Shown one piece after another: positions 55,177 through 64,000 of a stretch of 64,000 bases of DNA. The notes beneath the pieces are model-generated. The model searched no databases and was not told the origin of the DNA. It was given only the letters and a program-made list of their open reading frames with translations. Source of the DNA: Myxococcota bacterium (lineage in GTDB: Bacteria > Myxococcota_A > Polyangia > Polyangiales > Houyiibacteriaceae); NCBI GenBank assembly GCA_028284955.1, contig JANQQS010000005.1, positions 1,946 through 65,945 of the forward strand, in the 5' to 3' direction. Both the position numbers and the translations under genes were made by a program. Numbering within the stretch: position 1 is the first letter of the stretch; each line of letters starts with the position of its first letter.

Positions 55177-56709
55177 CTACTCAGGCAGTCGCGTTCGTAA
55201 CGCAGAGAGGGTTTCCACCTGGTTCACCTCGATGTCTTCTCGATAGCCTCGAACGCGCGCAAAACGGAGCGCAACGCCACCGGGATAGCGCGGGCTTTTT
55301 TGCACGCCATCAAATGCTATCTCTACCACCAGTTCCGGACGAACATGAACCACGTGCCCTTCGGTATGCACGCTTCGTTTGAGCAGCTGATCCGTCTGCC
55401 ATTGCAGGAGTTCATCGGACAAGCCTTTGAACGTCTTGCCCACGATCGCGAAACGATCTCCGTCTCGCGCGCCTAAATGCAAATTGCTGAGGCGTCCTTT
55501 GCGTCGACCGCTGCCCCATTCCGCGGCGAGCACCACCAGCTCAATGGTATGCACTGGCTTCCATTTCCGCCATGCGCCGCCGCGATTCCCGAGCTCATAG
55601 CTCGAAGAAAGGCTCTTCAGCATCACCCCTTCATGGCCGCGCGCGGTGACTTCATCGAAAAATGCCTGCGCTTCTTCCACACTGCGCACCACCGTGCTCT
55701 CCACCATGAGCTCCTCGGGTACAACCCGGGTGAGCAAATCGATTCGGTGCTCCAAAGGCAAGTCAATCGCATCCACCACCTCATCGGCACCCGCCTGCAG
55801 CACGTCAAAAAACCGAATGGTGGTGGGCTGCTCGTTGGCCGCCTGTACCACCTGTTGTCGCCGTCCGACGCGACGCATCGTGGTTTGAAAAGGAAGCGGG
55901 CGACCGCGATCGTCGAGCGACAGCGCTTCGCCATCGAGAACCGCCGACGACACTTCGAGGCGAGCGATGGCGTCGACTACGTCGGGCAAAGACGCCGTCA
56001 TGTCGCGTCCAGAACGACTAAAGAGCCACACTCGCCCCTTCTCTTTGTGTGCTTGAATACGCACACCATCGAGTTTCGCTTCAGCCCGCCACGCGCTTTC
56101 TTCCTCGAATAGGGCACGAAGTTCAGAAGCTGGCTGCGCCAACATGGGTCGGAGCGCACGTCCCACGCGAATCGTAAACGCTTCCAAGGCACTTGCCCCT
56201 TCCCTAAAGGCAGCGTCGGCAACCGCCGAGAGATCGCCACTAAGCATCCATGCGCGCCGCACCTTCTGAATCGAGACACCGGTCGCGTGCGCGACCGCGT
56301 CGACCATGATTCCGTCCAGCGCTCCCTGGCGAAGTTCTCCCACCAAAAGACGAGATAAAAAAAATTGCTCGCGTTTCGTGGCTCGACCGAAGAGCTCTTC
56401 GAGGCGTCGCCGTCGCTGAGCCGCCGACCCCTTCCCGGTTATCGCGGTCAGCCGCTGAAGAGTACTATCAACATCCGAAAGCGTCAGCGTGGCTTCCTCT
56501 GCCGCAGCAATATCCATCTCCTGCAAGAGTCTGAAGCCAATGCCAACCTTACCCTGCGGAAGTGTTCCCGTGAGATAGTGAAGGATTAGAGGTCGCTCAT
56601 CTCGTGAACACGTGTCGAGCAACTCCGCGAGCGCGCCTACTTTCTTCTTCTTGGAACGTGTGCGCGCCAGATCTTCAGAGCACACGGCCAAAGCTTCAAA
56701 CGTAATCAC
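55177..56709 (-). CDS. ATP-dependent DNA ligase (three-domain LigB/Lig1-like)
   Basis: Adenylation motif I AEAKLDGVRIQAH, and EGVMLK (motif IV/V region). The 510-aa length is consistent with DBD + AdD + OB. Confidence 0.9.
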   Translation of the reverse strand: MITFEALAVCSEDLARTRSKKKKVGALAELLDTCSRDERPLILHYLTGTLPQGKVGIGFRLLQEMDIAAAEEATLTLSDVDSTLQRLTAITGKGSAAQRRRRLEELFGRATKREQFFLSRLLVGELRQGALDGIMVDAVAHATGVSIQKVRRAWMLSGDLSAVADAAFREGASALEAFTIRVGRALRPMLAQPASELRALFEEESAWRAEAKLDGVRIQAHKEKGRVWLFSRSGRDMTASLPDVVDAIARLEVSSAVLDGEALSLDDRGRPLPFQTTMRRVGRRQQVVQAANEQPTTIRFFDVLQAGADEVVDAIDLPLEHRIDLLTRVVPEELMVESTVVRSVEEAQAFFDEVTARGHEGVMLKSLSSSYELGNRGGAWRKWKPVHTIELVVLAAEWGSGRRKGRLSNLHLGARDGDRFAIVGKTFKGLSDELLQWQTDQLLKRSVHTEGHVVHVRPELVVEIAFDGVQKSPRYPGGVALRFARVRGYREDIEVNQVETLSALRTRLPE

Positions 56710-56873
56710 TCGGGCGGCTTACTCGAAGCTTGCACTGTGCACCAGCCGCACAACCAGTCACGCCGACCGAGTTGCCCTGCCCAAACGCGCGCGCGCGTGC
56801 GCGGGGACAGCGTGCGCGCGCGCCGCACGAACGAAAGCAACCGTCTAAGACGGATACTTTTGCCTTTTTTGCC

Positions 56874-56888
56874 GGTACGCGCGTTGCA
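56874..56888 (+). promoter_or_regulatory. Possible sigma-54 promoter upstream of the trypsin-like protease gene
   Basis: GGTACGCGCGTTGCA has GG-N10-GC spacing and TTGCA at -12. The -24 element is GGTAC rather than GGCAC. It lies 65 nt upstream of the ATG at 56953. Confidence 0.3.
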
Positions 56889-56952
56889 GTGTGGGCTCGC
56901 GGCGTCGACTTTCGCCGTAGTCGATCCGCCGCAAACCCCGAATCCAAAGGAA

Positions 56953-58239
56953 ATGGCTATGCTACGCAAATCGACAACGCCAAGCCCGATCAGACAATGC
57001 CGCTCACTCACACTCATCGCACTTCATTGCTCGTGGCTCGCTGCTTGCGTCAATGATGTCGGCTCAGGTCGTGATCTTGAAGGTCAGAGCTCTGAAACCG
57101 ATTCTACTGACTCCACGTTGGTCGCCAGCGACCCCTCATCTTCTACCGTCGCCCCCTCCGCACATCCATCCTCAGCAAACGCATCCTCAGCAAACGCGTC
57201 CTCACCGAACACGTCATCCGCAACCCACCTTGCCTCAAGCACCGCTCCTCCGACGACGCATATCGTCGACCCGACACCAGTTCCCGCAAATCAGTACCTG
57301 GGCATGGTGCAAGTACGATCTCGAAGTGGCGGGTTGTGTTCGGGTATGTTGATCGCCAACGATCGCGTCATCACCGCTGCACATTGTGTATGCACAGAAA
57401 ACTATGTGGGGGGCAACGTATGCACCACATCCACCACCGTGACATTCAGACGCAACCCGGCCACTGGACGCCGACCCGCACCCATGTCCGGGTCGGTTAC
57501 TTGGCATCCCGACTACAACCCATCGTGGGTTGACCGCGAAATCGAAAACGACCTCGCGATCATCGATCTCGACGGCACCGCCCCCTCGTACGCCGCCCCC
57601 TTCGACGTAAGCTCATCGCAAGTTCCAAGTCGTTCGACGGTTACCATCGTCGGTTTTGGCAGAACCGGCAACGGATGCGACATGTCCGCGGGCACACTCA
57701 ACTCAGATGTGGTGCGCATTAGCCAGTTCGTAGATGGAGTAAAAATCATGCAATTCAATGACCCCGTGTTCTGCCCCGGAGACTCCGGCGGCGCGATCTT
57801 TTACCGAGGCAAACTGGTGGGCGTTCACTCTGGTCGATTTCCCACCATTCGTCACGGTTGGGTATCCAAGTCGATCGCCCTCAAGCCGTATTTTAGCTGG
57901 GTCAAAAACCTCACGTGCAGCTCCGACCTATGGAACCGATGCAGCCGCAAAGGCCCGATCTGCACCTGTGGCGCAGGAATTGGCGACTGCGATGATAACG
58001 CCGACTGCAAGGCACCGAACGTATGTCGTCAAAATGTCGGCGCAACGTTCGGCTACAGCTCGAGCGTCGATGTCTGCGCGCCAAACGGCCCTCTCGAGGG
58101 CACATGCAGCTGCCGTAATAGCGGTTTCGCGAACGTTTGCACTCCCGCCATCAACAATTGCAGCGCGAGTTTCTCGCCCGTCTGCTCCCCTCGAATGGGG
58201 TCTGGCGGAACTGGCTGTGGCGGCTGTTCGTGTCAGTAG
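56953..58239 (+). CDS. Trypsin-like (S1) serine protease lipoprotein with Cys-rich C-terminal domain
   Basis: Lipobox WLAACV. TAAHC (His), NDLAIIDL (Asp), GDSGGA (Ser). The C-terminal ~110 aa contain about 16 Cys. Confidence 0.85.
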   Translation: MAMLRKSTTPSPIRQCRSLTLIALHCSWLAACVNDVGSGRDLEGQSSETDSTDSTLVASDPSSSTVAPSAHPSSANASSANASSPNTSSATHLASSTAPPTTHIVDPTPVPANQYLGMVQVRSRSGGLCSGMLIANDRVITAAHCVCTENYVGGNVCTTSTTVTFRRNPATGRRPAPMSGSVTWHPDYNPSWVDREIENDLAIIDLDGTAPSYAAPFDVSSSQVPSRSTVTIVGFGRTGNGCDMSAGTLNSDVVRISQFVDGVKIMQFNDPVFCPGDSGGAIFYRGKLVGVHSGRFPTIRHGWVSKSIALKPYFSWVKNLTCSSDLWNRCSRKGPICTCGAGIGDCDDNADCKAPNVCRQNVGATFGYSSSVDVCAPNGPLEGTCSCRNSGFANVCTPAINNCSASFSPVCSPRMGSGGTGCGGCSCQ

Positions 58240-58293
58240 CGTAACGTTCTGCGGCGCCGATCCGTACATCGGCGCCGCGGAACACCTCATGCG

Positions 58294-59571
58294 CTAACTC
58301 CAACCAAATGCTCCATTGCTCAAACTCAGATTGTAGGCGATGTGCACGACCACCGGAACAAGCGTGGAACCTGTTCGTGCACGCAACAGCGTGAGCATCA
58401 CTCCGGTAATCGTAATGGCTACAAACGCTCCCCAGTTACCCCACACCTGATGCGCATGAAACACAACGAAGAGGGAAGAGCTCAACAAAAAAGCCACCAC
58501 TTTGCTCCGCTGTTCTAGAGCGCCATACACCAGTCCACGAAAAAACAACTCTTCACCCACTGGCAGCAACGCTCCCAACGCAGCAAAAGAAAGTGTCCCG
58601 CTCGGCCAAGCCACAAACGATTGAATCGGAGCGTCTGCGGTCGCGGGTATCAAGTTGAGGGCCACGCGGGCGACCTGCGACAACACGAACCCTGTAGTGA
58701 TCGACAACGGCAACATCCACAGCGCACTTCGCAACCACCTTTGCCGAGGCAAAGCGAGTGCGAGCATCGAACGGACACCTCCGCCGCTTGTCCGCCGAAC
58801 AATCCACGCGGCACACACAAACGCCGCGCCTCCTTCCACCAACATGAGCGCGACACCCTTGATAAACCCCGCGGTTGGACCGTGAAAAGGAGCGAAACGA
58901 CTCGCCAGCCAAGCGATGCCCAACGTTACCACCGCCATCAGCAGCGCGCCGTATGCCGGATTTGCGCGCCCTGGTCGATCGGATGTGGTGTGGACGCCAA
59001 CCCGATAGAGAGCAAATACGCCGAGCAATACGCCCAGCGCAACCAACCATACCGGCACCTGGTCACGCCACGTCAAAAGCCTTCGCGCCAGAACGCGCGG
59101 CGTCCACGCGACTCTCATCAGTGCAAGAGGCGGCCGCTTCGACGCCCACACGGCTTCAATGGCATATGCTCCATCGGCGGGAATAACTCCACCCCCGAGC
59201 GGCAAGCACGCTCGATCGCCTCGGCGCTTGACCGCCATCAAATGAGCCTGGTCGAGAGGCACCCGAACCATGAGTTCACGCGTTTTTGGTCGCCACACCA
59301 TGAACTGCAGCGCGTTCTCCCAGCGCTTCGGTTCAAGCGCATCGCTCGCGCATACCTCAAAAAACGCGGACTCGCCGCGCCGTAGCCGAACGCTCCCAAC
59401 GCGTGCACTGATCCGCGTCGCATGAGGGTCGCCCAAGCGCGACAGCAGACTACGCGACGGACCTTCCCACTCGAGCTCGGAGCGCTCTCTCCGCAAGATC
59501 GACGATCCGCTCCACACGCTGCCTGCGAGCACACACACAGCAGCGAACGAGGCCAGCAACCTTGAAAACAC
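58294..59571 (-). CDS. CPBP-family (CAAX/Abi) intramembrane glutamic endopeptidase with ~190-aa N-terminal extracytoplasmic domain
   Basis: EELFFRGLVYG, FVVFHAHQ and VVHIAYN motifs in the C-terminal TM bundle. Confidence 0.8.
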   Translation of the reverse strand: MFSRLLASFAAVCVLAGSVWSGSSILRRERSELEWEGPSRSLLSRLGDPHATRISARVGSVRLRRGESAFFEVCASDALEPKRWENALQFMVWRPKTRELMVRVPLDQAHLMAVKRRGDRACLPLGGGVIPADGAYAIEAVWASKRPPLALMRVAWTPRVLARRLLTWRDQVPVWLVALGVLLGVFALYRVGVHTTSDRPGRANPAYGALLMAVVTLGIAWLASRFAPFHGPTAGFIKGVALMLVEGGAAFVCAAWIVRRTSGGGVRSMLALALPRQRWLRSALWMLPLSITTGFVLSQVARVALNLIPATADAPIQSFVAWPSGTLSFAALGALLPVGEELFFRGLVYGALEQRSKVVAFLLSSSLFVVFHAHQVWGNWGAFVAITITGVMLTLLRARTGSTLVPVVVHIAYNLSLSNGAFGWS

Positions 59572-59713
59572 TCATCTACTATAGTCGATCACTGGTTGTA
59601 GCACGCAGACCAAAACTCCACTGCTCTATGAGACGCGACTTGCGCGGCAATCACCCCTTTGATCTCTGCGATAGAACGACAGTGAGTATGGTCGATCGAA
59701 ATCTCGCAGCTGT

Positions 59714-61663
59714 TCATCGAAGGCTGCTACCAAACAACAGCACTAAATTTCCTGGGCTTGAAAGCTCCACCACGGGTTCCGTTTCGACTTCGCCAGCGGT
59801 GCCTCGAAACACATGCACCAAACCTTCCCCGTGCCTGGGTTCACCCACCGCGATGTCGAACACACCATCTCCTTGAGCGTCCAGAGCAGACGAAACGGAA
59901 AACCCAAACTCCGAATCGTTGTCGACATCCGGATCAGGAAGAGACATCGCGACTGAGCCCTGAAGTCCATCTTTGGAACCAGGAAAGACGTACGCCGCTC
60001 CCGCACGCTCAAGTAGCTCGTCGCGATGCATCCCGTTCGTCGCGTATGCGCCAACCACCACATCCAGAAAACCATCTCCATGTACATCTTGACCACCCGA
60101 CAATGCCGAACCGAAACGAGCGCCAAGCTCTCCCAGTGGATGCTCTAGCCGAACGTCTGGCATCTCAGAAACCGGCAGACCGCTAGACTCTCCCGAACGT
60201 CGCCCCGAGTATGCAAAGACGACCCCAGTCGAACTCCGCGAATTCAACTCATCGGGCGCTCCGACGAGAAGGTCGCCGAGGCCATCGCCGTTGAGATCTC
60301 CGCCTCCGGCCACAACACCGAACATCGCCAAGTTGGATGGGTCAGGATTAGTAAGCGTCGCGCTTGGATCTGTCGCCGGCCCATCCGTGCTCCCCAAATA
60401 GAGATACGCTCGCCCTTCTCGACGAGAAGTATCCGTCAACTTCACTGCTCCGACCGCGATATCGGCAAACCCATCGCCATTGATGTCCCCCGCACCCGCG
60501 ATGTGCCCAAACCCGGCGCCTACTCGATTCTCAGGGCTGTCGAACGTGATGTTCGGAGCTGCGCCGAGTCCGCTCGGCGAACCGAAATACACAAACGCAT
60601 TTCCTTCTTCTTGAGCACCCTCATCGAACTTCGGAGCGCTCACCAATACGTCGGCGTAGCCATCGCCGTTGACATCGCCCGCATGTGCGACGGTACCAAA
60701 CTCGCTTCCCGTTTGGCCGGCTGGATTCGTCAGCGTTTGCGAAGGCTGTTCGGAGATGCCTGATGCTGAGCCCCAAAACACAAAAACCGCGCCTTCATCG
60801 ACCGATTGGCCGTCTTGGTGTGGCGCGCCTACAATCGCATCTGCGTAGCCATCACCATTGATGTCTCCTGCCTCCGACACCGAAGCCCCGAACATCGCAC
60901 CTTCTTGTAGAGTGGGGTTGTCAACTGTTTGCGACGGCTCTTCTGGCACCCCAACCCGCCGGCTGCCGTAGTAGAGTACAGCGCGCCCTCCTTGGGGAAT
61001 GAAACCCGCGTCGTAGGGTTCTGGCGCGCCAACCATCAAGTCCCCGAAACCATCTCCGTTGTAGTCGTTATTCAAACGACCCACGTCGAGATACCGAACC
61101 CTGCTCCATGCTGAACAATCATCTTCCGCCACGCAGACGCGCACCCGCCAAAAGTATCGCGAACCGACGGGCGCAGAAGTCGAAACCGGGAGATCCGAAT
61201 CAGACACAAACGCCACTACGTCGTCAGGAACACCGCGCTCGCTCGCTTCGGCAAACGAATCCATCACCTGCGTATCGAGCTCCGGGCTTTCAAACGCACA
61301 TTCGGCAAAGCTTTCGAGCTCACACGAGTCGTCAGCTTGAAGCTGGTAGAACGCGGCGTCGGCCATACGCTCCCACATAAACTTCGGTCGCATCGGATTC
61401 GTACCCGGCGCACCGTTTCCTGTTGCATGCACACTCCCGGTCGCAAACCCGTTCCACGGATAGCGAAGAAGGACTTGGTTCATTGCGGTGTCTTCCTCGG
61501 CAACGCATTGTCCTTCCTGTTCCACGAAGCCGTCCGCGCACTCGCACGTTCCATCCACCAACGTGCGACTCTCAGGACAGCTCGCTCCTCCTCCGCAGCC
61601 TCCAACCAGTCCCCACACCCAGCACAGCAACCCGCCAAACATCAGCCTTCTCGCGCTATCCAT
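59714..61663 (-). CDS. FG-GAP (integrin-alpha-like) repeat lipoprotein
   Basis: Lipobox LVGGCGG. Seven or more repeats of FG...GD(I/V/L)NGDG(Y/F)AD..VGAP. ATG at 61663. Confidence 0.85.
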   Translation of the reverse strand: MDSARRLMFGGLLCWVWGLVGGCGGGASCPESRTLVDGTCECADGFVEQEGQCVAEEDTAMNQVLLRYPWNGFATGSVHATGNGAPGTNPMRPKFMWERMADAAFYQLQADDSCELESFAECAFESPELDTQVMDSFAEASERGVPDDVVAFVSDSDLPVSTSAPVGSRYFWRVRVCVAEDDCSAWSRVRYLDVGRLNNDYNGDGFGDLMVGAPEPYDAGFIPQGGRAVLYYGSRRVGVPEEPSQTVDNPTLQEGAMFGASVSEAGDINGDGYADAIVGAPHQDGQSVDEGAVFVFWGSASGISEQPSQTLTNPAGQTGSEFGTVAHAGDVNGDGYADVLVSAPKFDEGAQEEGNAFVYFGSPSGLGAAPNITFDSPENRVGAGFGHIAGAGDINGDGFADIAVGAVKLTDTSRREGRAYLYLGSTDGPATDPSATLTNPDPSNLAMFGVVAGGGDLNGDGLGDLLVGAPDELNSRSSTGVVFAYSGRRSGESSGLPVSEMPDVRLEHPLGELGARFGSALSGGQDVHGDGFLDVVVGAYATNGMHRDELLERAGAAYVFPGSKDGLQGSVAMSLPDPDVDNDSEFGFSVSSALDAQGDGVFDIAVGEPRHGEGLVHVFRGTAGEVETEPVVELSSPGNLVLLFGSSLR

Positions 61664-61999
61664 ATCTACCTCCACGGGCCACAAGACGAGACCAAACACC
61701 CAGGACACCCCAAAAGGTGACCGACTAGACAGTGCTTTCCTTATCGACGTATGTCGACGCAAGTTGCGAAAAAGATCCGAACTTCGCGCTCCGGCGTGAC
61801 TGCCGTCGGCACCACCCAGAGACAGTTCCAACTATTTCCAAGATTCCCGGGTTTGTGTGTGGCCCACGAGAGCGTTCGTACACCGACGATCTCACGCTAC
61901 GACCCAAGGCTTGCGCCTTGCTTACCCCAGTGTTGCGGAGCTCCCGCACGGAATCGATATCGACCCCATCGAGCGCACCAGCGAAGTTGCGAAAAAGAA

Positions 62000-63286
62000 C
62001 TACGGACCGCGAGCGATGCACGTCGCCGGGTCGCTGCACACCACGGCTGATGACGGTTTCGTGGATCGCTGCCTGTCCACAATATTCACCGTGTCCACGT
62101 CGTAGGTGTACGTCTCCGTGCTGACCTGGATCTTGTGTTGCGGTTCGTTCGGCATCGGTGGGGCTAGTTCGAGGTTTGTTGCTACGGACTCGGTCGAACG
62201 AACGCGACCTTTTTCGTCAAAGCGCACGGTCTTTTCAATATCCACGACCCCATCGCTATTTCGGTCGATGGCTAGGGTTGCTACCTGGCCTTCGTAGGAG
62301 ATGGTGAACGAGCCATGGCCCATGGCGCTCACCGGGGGAGAACGGCGCAACTTGCTCAACCCACGTGTCAGTCGCCCGTTCGCGTCGTACGTATAGTCGG
62401 TCTGAAAATCATCGGTGACGACTGACGAAAGCCGCCGCGGGCCATCTGGCCCATTCTCATACACGAGCTTGGTTTCACGCGCCCAGGCGCCTGACGTACA
62501 TGCACCGGGCACACCGCGCACAGTCACCACGAGCGGGATGTTCTTTCGGTCGAATCGAATCTCGTCGCACGACTTTTGCTCGGCGCCGTTGACCTTAGTC
62601 GTCCATTCGTGCCAACGCCTGGTGAGGGTTTGCTCCGGTGTCCCAGGGCCCGAGTACTCAAACTCGGCGTTCGCCGTCCCCATCGCGACGCCGATTGCGT
62701 TCTGGTTTTGTCTCTCGAATCGACCTTCTCCATCGTAGAAAAACTGCACGTTCCAACCACGGAAACTCGACTCCACCCCCACCGTCGTGTGGCTCTTCAG
62801 CACCGCGCGAACAAGCTGGCTTTCTTGAATCTCGGCGTCGTACTCAGCCCTCAAAGAAAGACAGCGCGTGTTTCCAAACGTTCTCTGCGACTTGATATGG
62901 GAGCCATATCGAACGGTGGATTGCTTGAATACACACTCGTCCGCAGCGCCATCAATACCTCGGTAGCGAATGTAATCTTTCGATTCGTCGGGATCGGGAA
63001 CTCCCGAAGCGACCAGCGACAAGTGCCACGAAAAAAAACTGCGAGGGTCAACGTGCTGGTTGACGTTTGCCACCGTAGGAGTGCCCGGGGCTCCCGTAAG
63101 CTCTCCAAAAAAACTGCGCCCGACCCCGGAGGCGGATTTGACGACACCTGGTTCGGTAGAGTCGACTGCGGGTACGCATGCGCCACTTGTTGCAGCCGCC
63201 ACCCACACACCAACGGATATCAACGTTCGTAACCTACGGCCGGCGCTCTCTCGGATCGGGGTCAAGCGCCCTGTACGACGATACAT
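62000..63286 (-). CDS. Hypothetical lipoprotein with one YD-repeat-like segment
   Basis: Lipobox AATSGAC. YTYDANGRLT resembles a YD/RHS repeat. Otherwise unassigned. Confidence 0.55.
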   Translation of the reverse strand: MYRRTGRLTPIRESAGRRLRTLISVGVWVAAATSGACVPAVDSTEPGVVKSASGVGRSFFGELTGAPGTPTVANVNQHVDPRSFFSWHLSLVASGVPDPDESKDYIRYRGIDGAADECVFKQSTVRYGSHIKSQRTFGNTRCLSLRAEYDAEIQESQLVRAVLKSHTTVGVESSFRGWNVQFFYDGEGRFERQNQNAIGVAMGTANAEFEYSGPGTPEQTLTRRWHEWTTKVNGAEQKSCDEIRFDRKNIPLVVTVRGVPGACTSGAWARETKLVYENGPDGPRRLSSVVTDDFQTDYTYDANGRLTRGLSKLRRSPPVSAMGHGSFTISYEGQVATLAIDRNSDGVVDIEKTVRFDEKGRVRSTESVATNLELAPPMPNEPQHKIQVSTETYTYDVDTVNIVDRQRSTKPSSAVVCSDPATCIARGP

Positions 63287-63467
63287 CTCGGTCTTTGCTC
63301 TTTCTGCGGCGAGCCCCTAATCCGGTGTGGTTCCAGGGTGGGCTCACAGGCATGTTCCTGCGAAGGATAGGCCCTAGCAGAGTTGTGGATTGAGCGCACG
63401 ACGACGCACGCTCAACCCATAACGAGTTCGCACTCGGCTAAACGGCATAAGACATTCCGAGCTCGCG

Positions 63468-63538
63468 CGAACTAACCGCACGATCGAACTACGGCACGAT
63501 CGCGAACTACGGCACGATCGCGAACTACGGCACGATCG
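63468..63538. repeat. 18-bp tandem repeat (three perfect units + one degenerate) spanning the stop codon of the 63525-64000 gene
   Basis: CGAACTACGGCACGATCG at 63485, 63503 and 63521; a degenerate 17-nt copy at 63468. On the minus strand each unit reads TTCGCGATCGTGCCGTAG, that is, an in-frame stop in every unit. Confidence 0.9.
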
Positions 63539-64000
63539 GCAGTTCGCAATCTCCCGGACAAATATCCAGATTTTCGTCGGCCTGGCATATCGCGTCGCCG
63601 CAGTTGGGCGTGCAGTCATTCGGACAGGACACGCTGTCCTCGCCTTGGCTCGGAATGCATACGTCGTCGCCGCAGGTCGGCTCCGGCAACGGTGGAGAGT
63701 TCGGCCAGATTGCGGCGTCGCCGCTGTCTCCCACGCCGTAGGGCAGCCAAATGTTCATCACCAGGGAGCTCCGGTCGAAGACTGGCGTCATCCCCAAGTC
63801 GCTCGCCAGGCTGCCGCTGAGCGTGGGGTCGCCCGCAATCGAGGTGAGCGCGCCCACATCGGGAGCGGTTGGCGACGGGGGGTCCACCCGGCTAATGAAG
63901 TACACGATTTGAAACTTGTGCTCGAGCAGGTTTTGTACGAAGTGAACCTCGGCGTAACCACGTGATTCCGCCTCAGCAAGAATCCCGCCAATCCGCGCGA
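63525..64000 (-). CDS. Secreted protein, C-terminal part (5' end beyond the right edge) with two CGD..C...CP.DC Cys-rich motifs
   Basis: The frame stays open from 64000 (my translation ARIGGILAEAESRGYAEVHFVQNLLEHKFQIVYFISRVD...). It ends ...TCGDDVCIPSQGEDSVSCPNDCTPNCGDAICQADENLDICPGDCELPIVP. The ORF track shows only the part from GTG at 63905. Confidence 0.6.
   Translation of the reverse strand, partial: ARIGGILAEAESRGYAEVHFVQNLLEHKFQIVYFISRVDPPSPTAPDVGALTSIAGDPTLSGSLASDLGMTPVFDRSSLVMNIWLPYGVGDSGDAAIWPNSPPLPEPTCGDDVCIPSQGEDSVSCPNDCTPNCGDAICQADENLDICPGDCELPIVP

Overview
GC-rich (about 60% by eye) chromosomal segment. The gene content points to a Myxococcota/Bradymonadia-like deltaproteobacterium: a MYXO-CTERM-like sorting tail, PEGA and FG-GAP proteins, a FecR-like protein coupled to a Ser/Thr kinase, CdnL, a Myxococcus-type LexA box at recA, and sigma-54-type promoters. 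No database search was possible.

Most of the window is core metabolism and maintenance:
- Envelope, lipid and transport: glmU, lolA, a CDP-alcohol phosphatidyltransferase, plsC, nupC, a GntP permease.
- Central metabolism and redox: class I aldolase fbaB, sdhCAB (b558 type), a NUDIX hydrolase, yggX.
- DNA maintenance and transcription: cinA-recA, NAD-dependent ligA plus a separate ATP-dependent DNA ligase, cdnL.
- Proteases and RNA genes: an M16 peptidase pair; three tRNA genes, Ser-UGA, Ser-GCU and Arg-ACG, the last directly upstream of tadA.

Clearly accessory segments:
- 21.8-23.8 kb: a duplicated lipoprotein gene 5' region.
- 32.8-37.4 kb: vapBC, two higA 3' fragments, orphan secreted proteins, a 172-bp tandem repeat and a CxxxC-rich surface protein.
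- 56.9-64 kb: a cluster of secreted or cell-surface proteins.

I found no recognisable multi-gene defence or mobile system. The most interesting signals are non-coding:
1. A ~135-nt element in two copies. Its helices differ in sequence but stay complementary, and the only mismatches are G.U on the + strand. One copy is fused to the 5' end of tRNA-Ser(GCU); the other overlaps the recA stop codon.
2. A dispersed double-hairpin plus TTCACCC-box repeat family. It is expanded into ~108-bp tandem arrays behind both tRNA-Ser genes and embedded in the 172-bp tandem repeat.
3. An unusual density of 15-18 bp tandem duplications. Six are in-frame inside genes and four span stop codons.
4. A near-consensus sigma-54 promoter in front of a ~540-bp ORF-free pyrimidine-rich tract.

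Gene starts were chosen by homology-style reasoning and Shine-Dalgarno inspection and are less certain than stops. The supplied ORF track treats GTG/TTG as starts.
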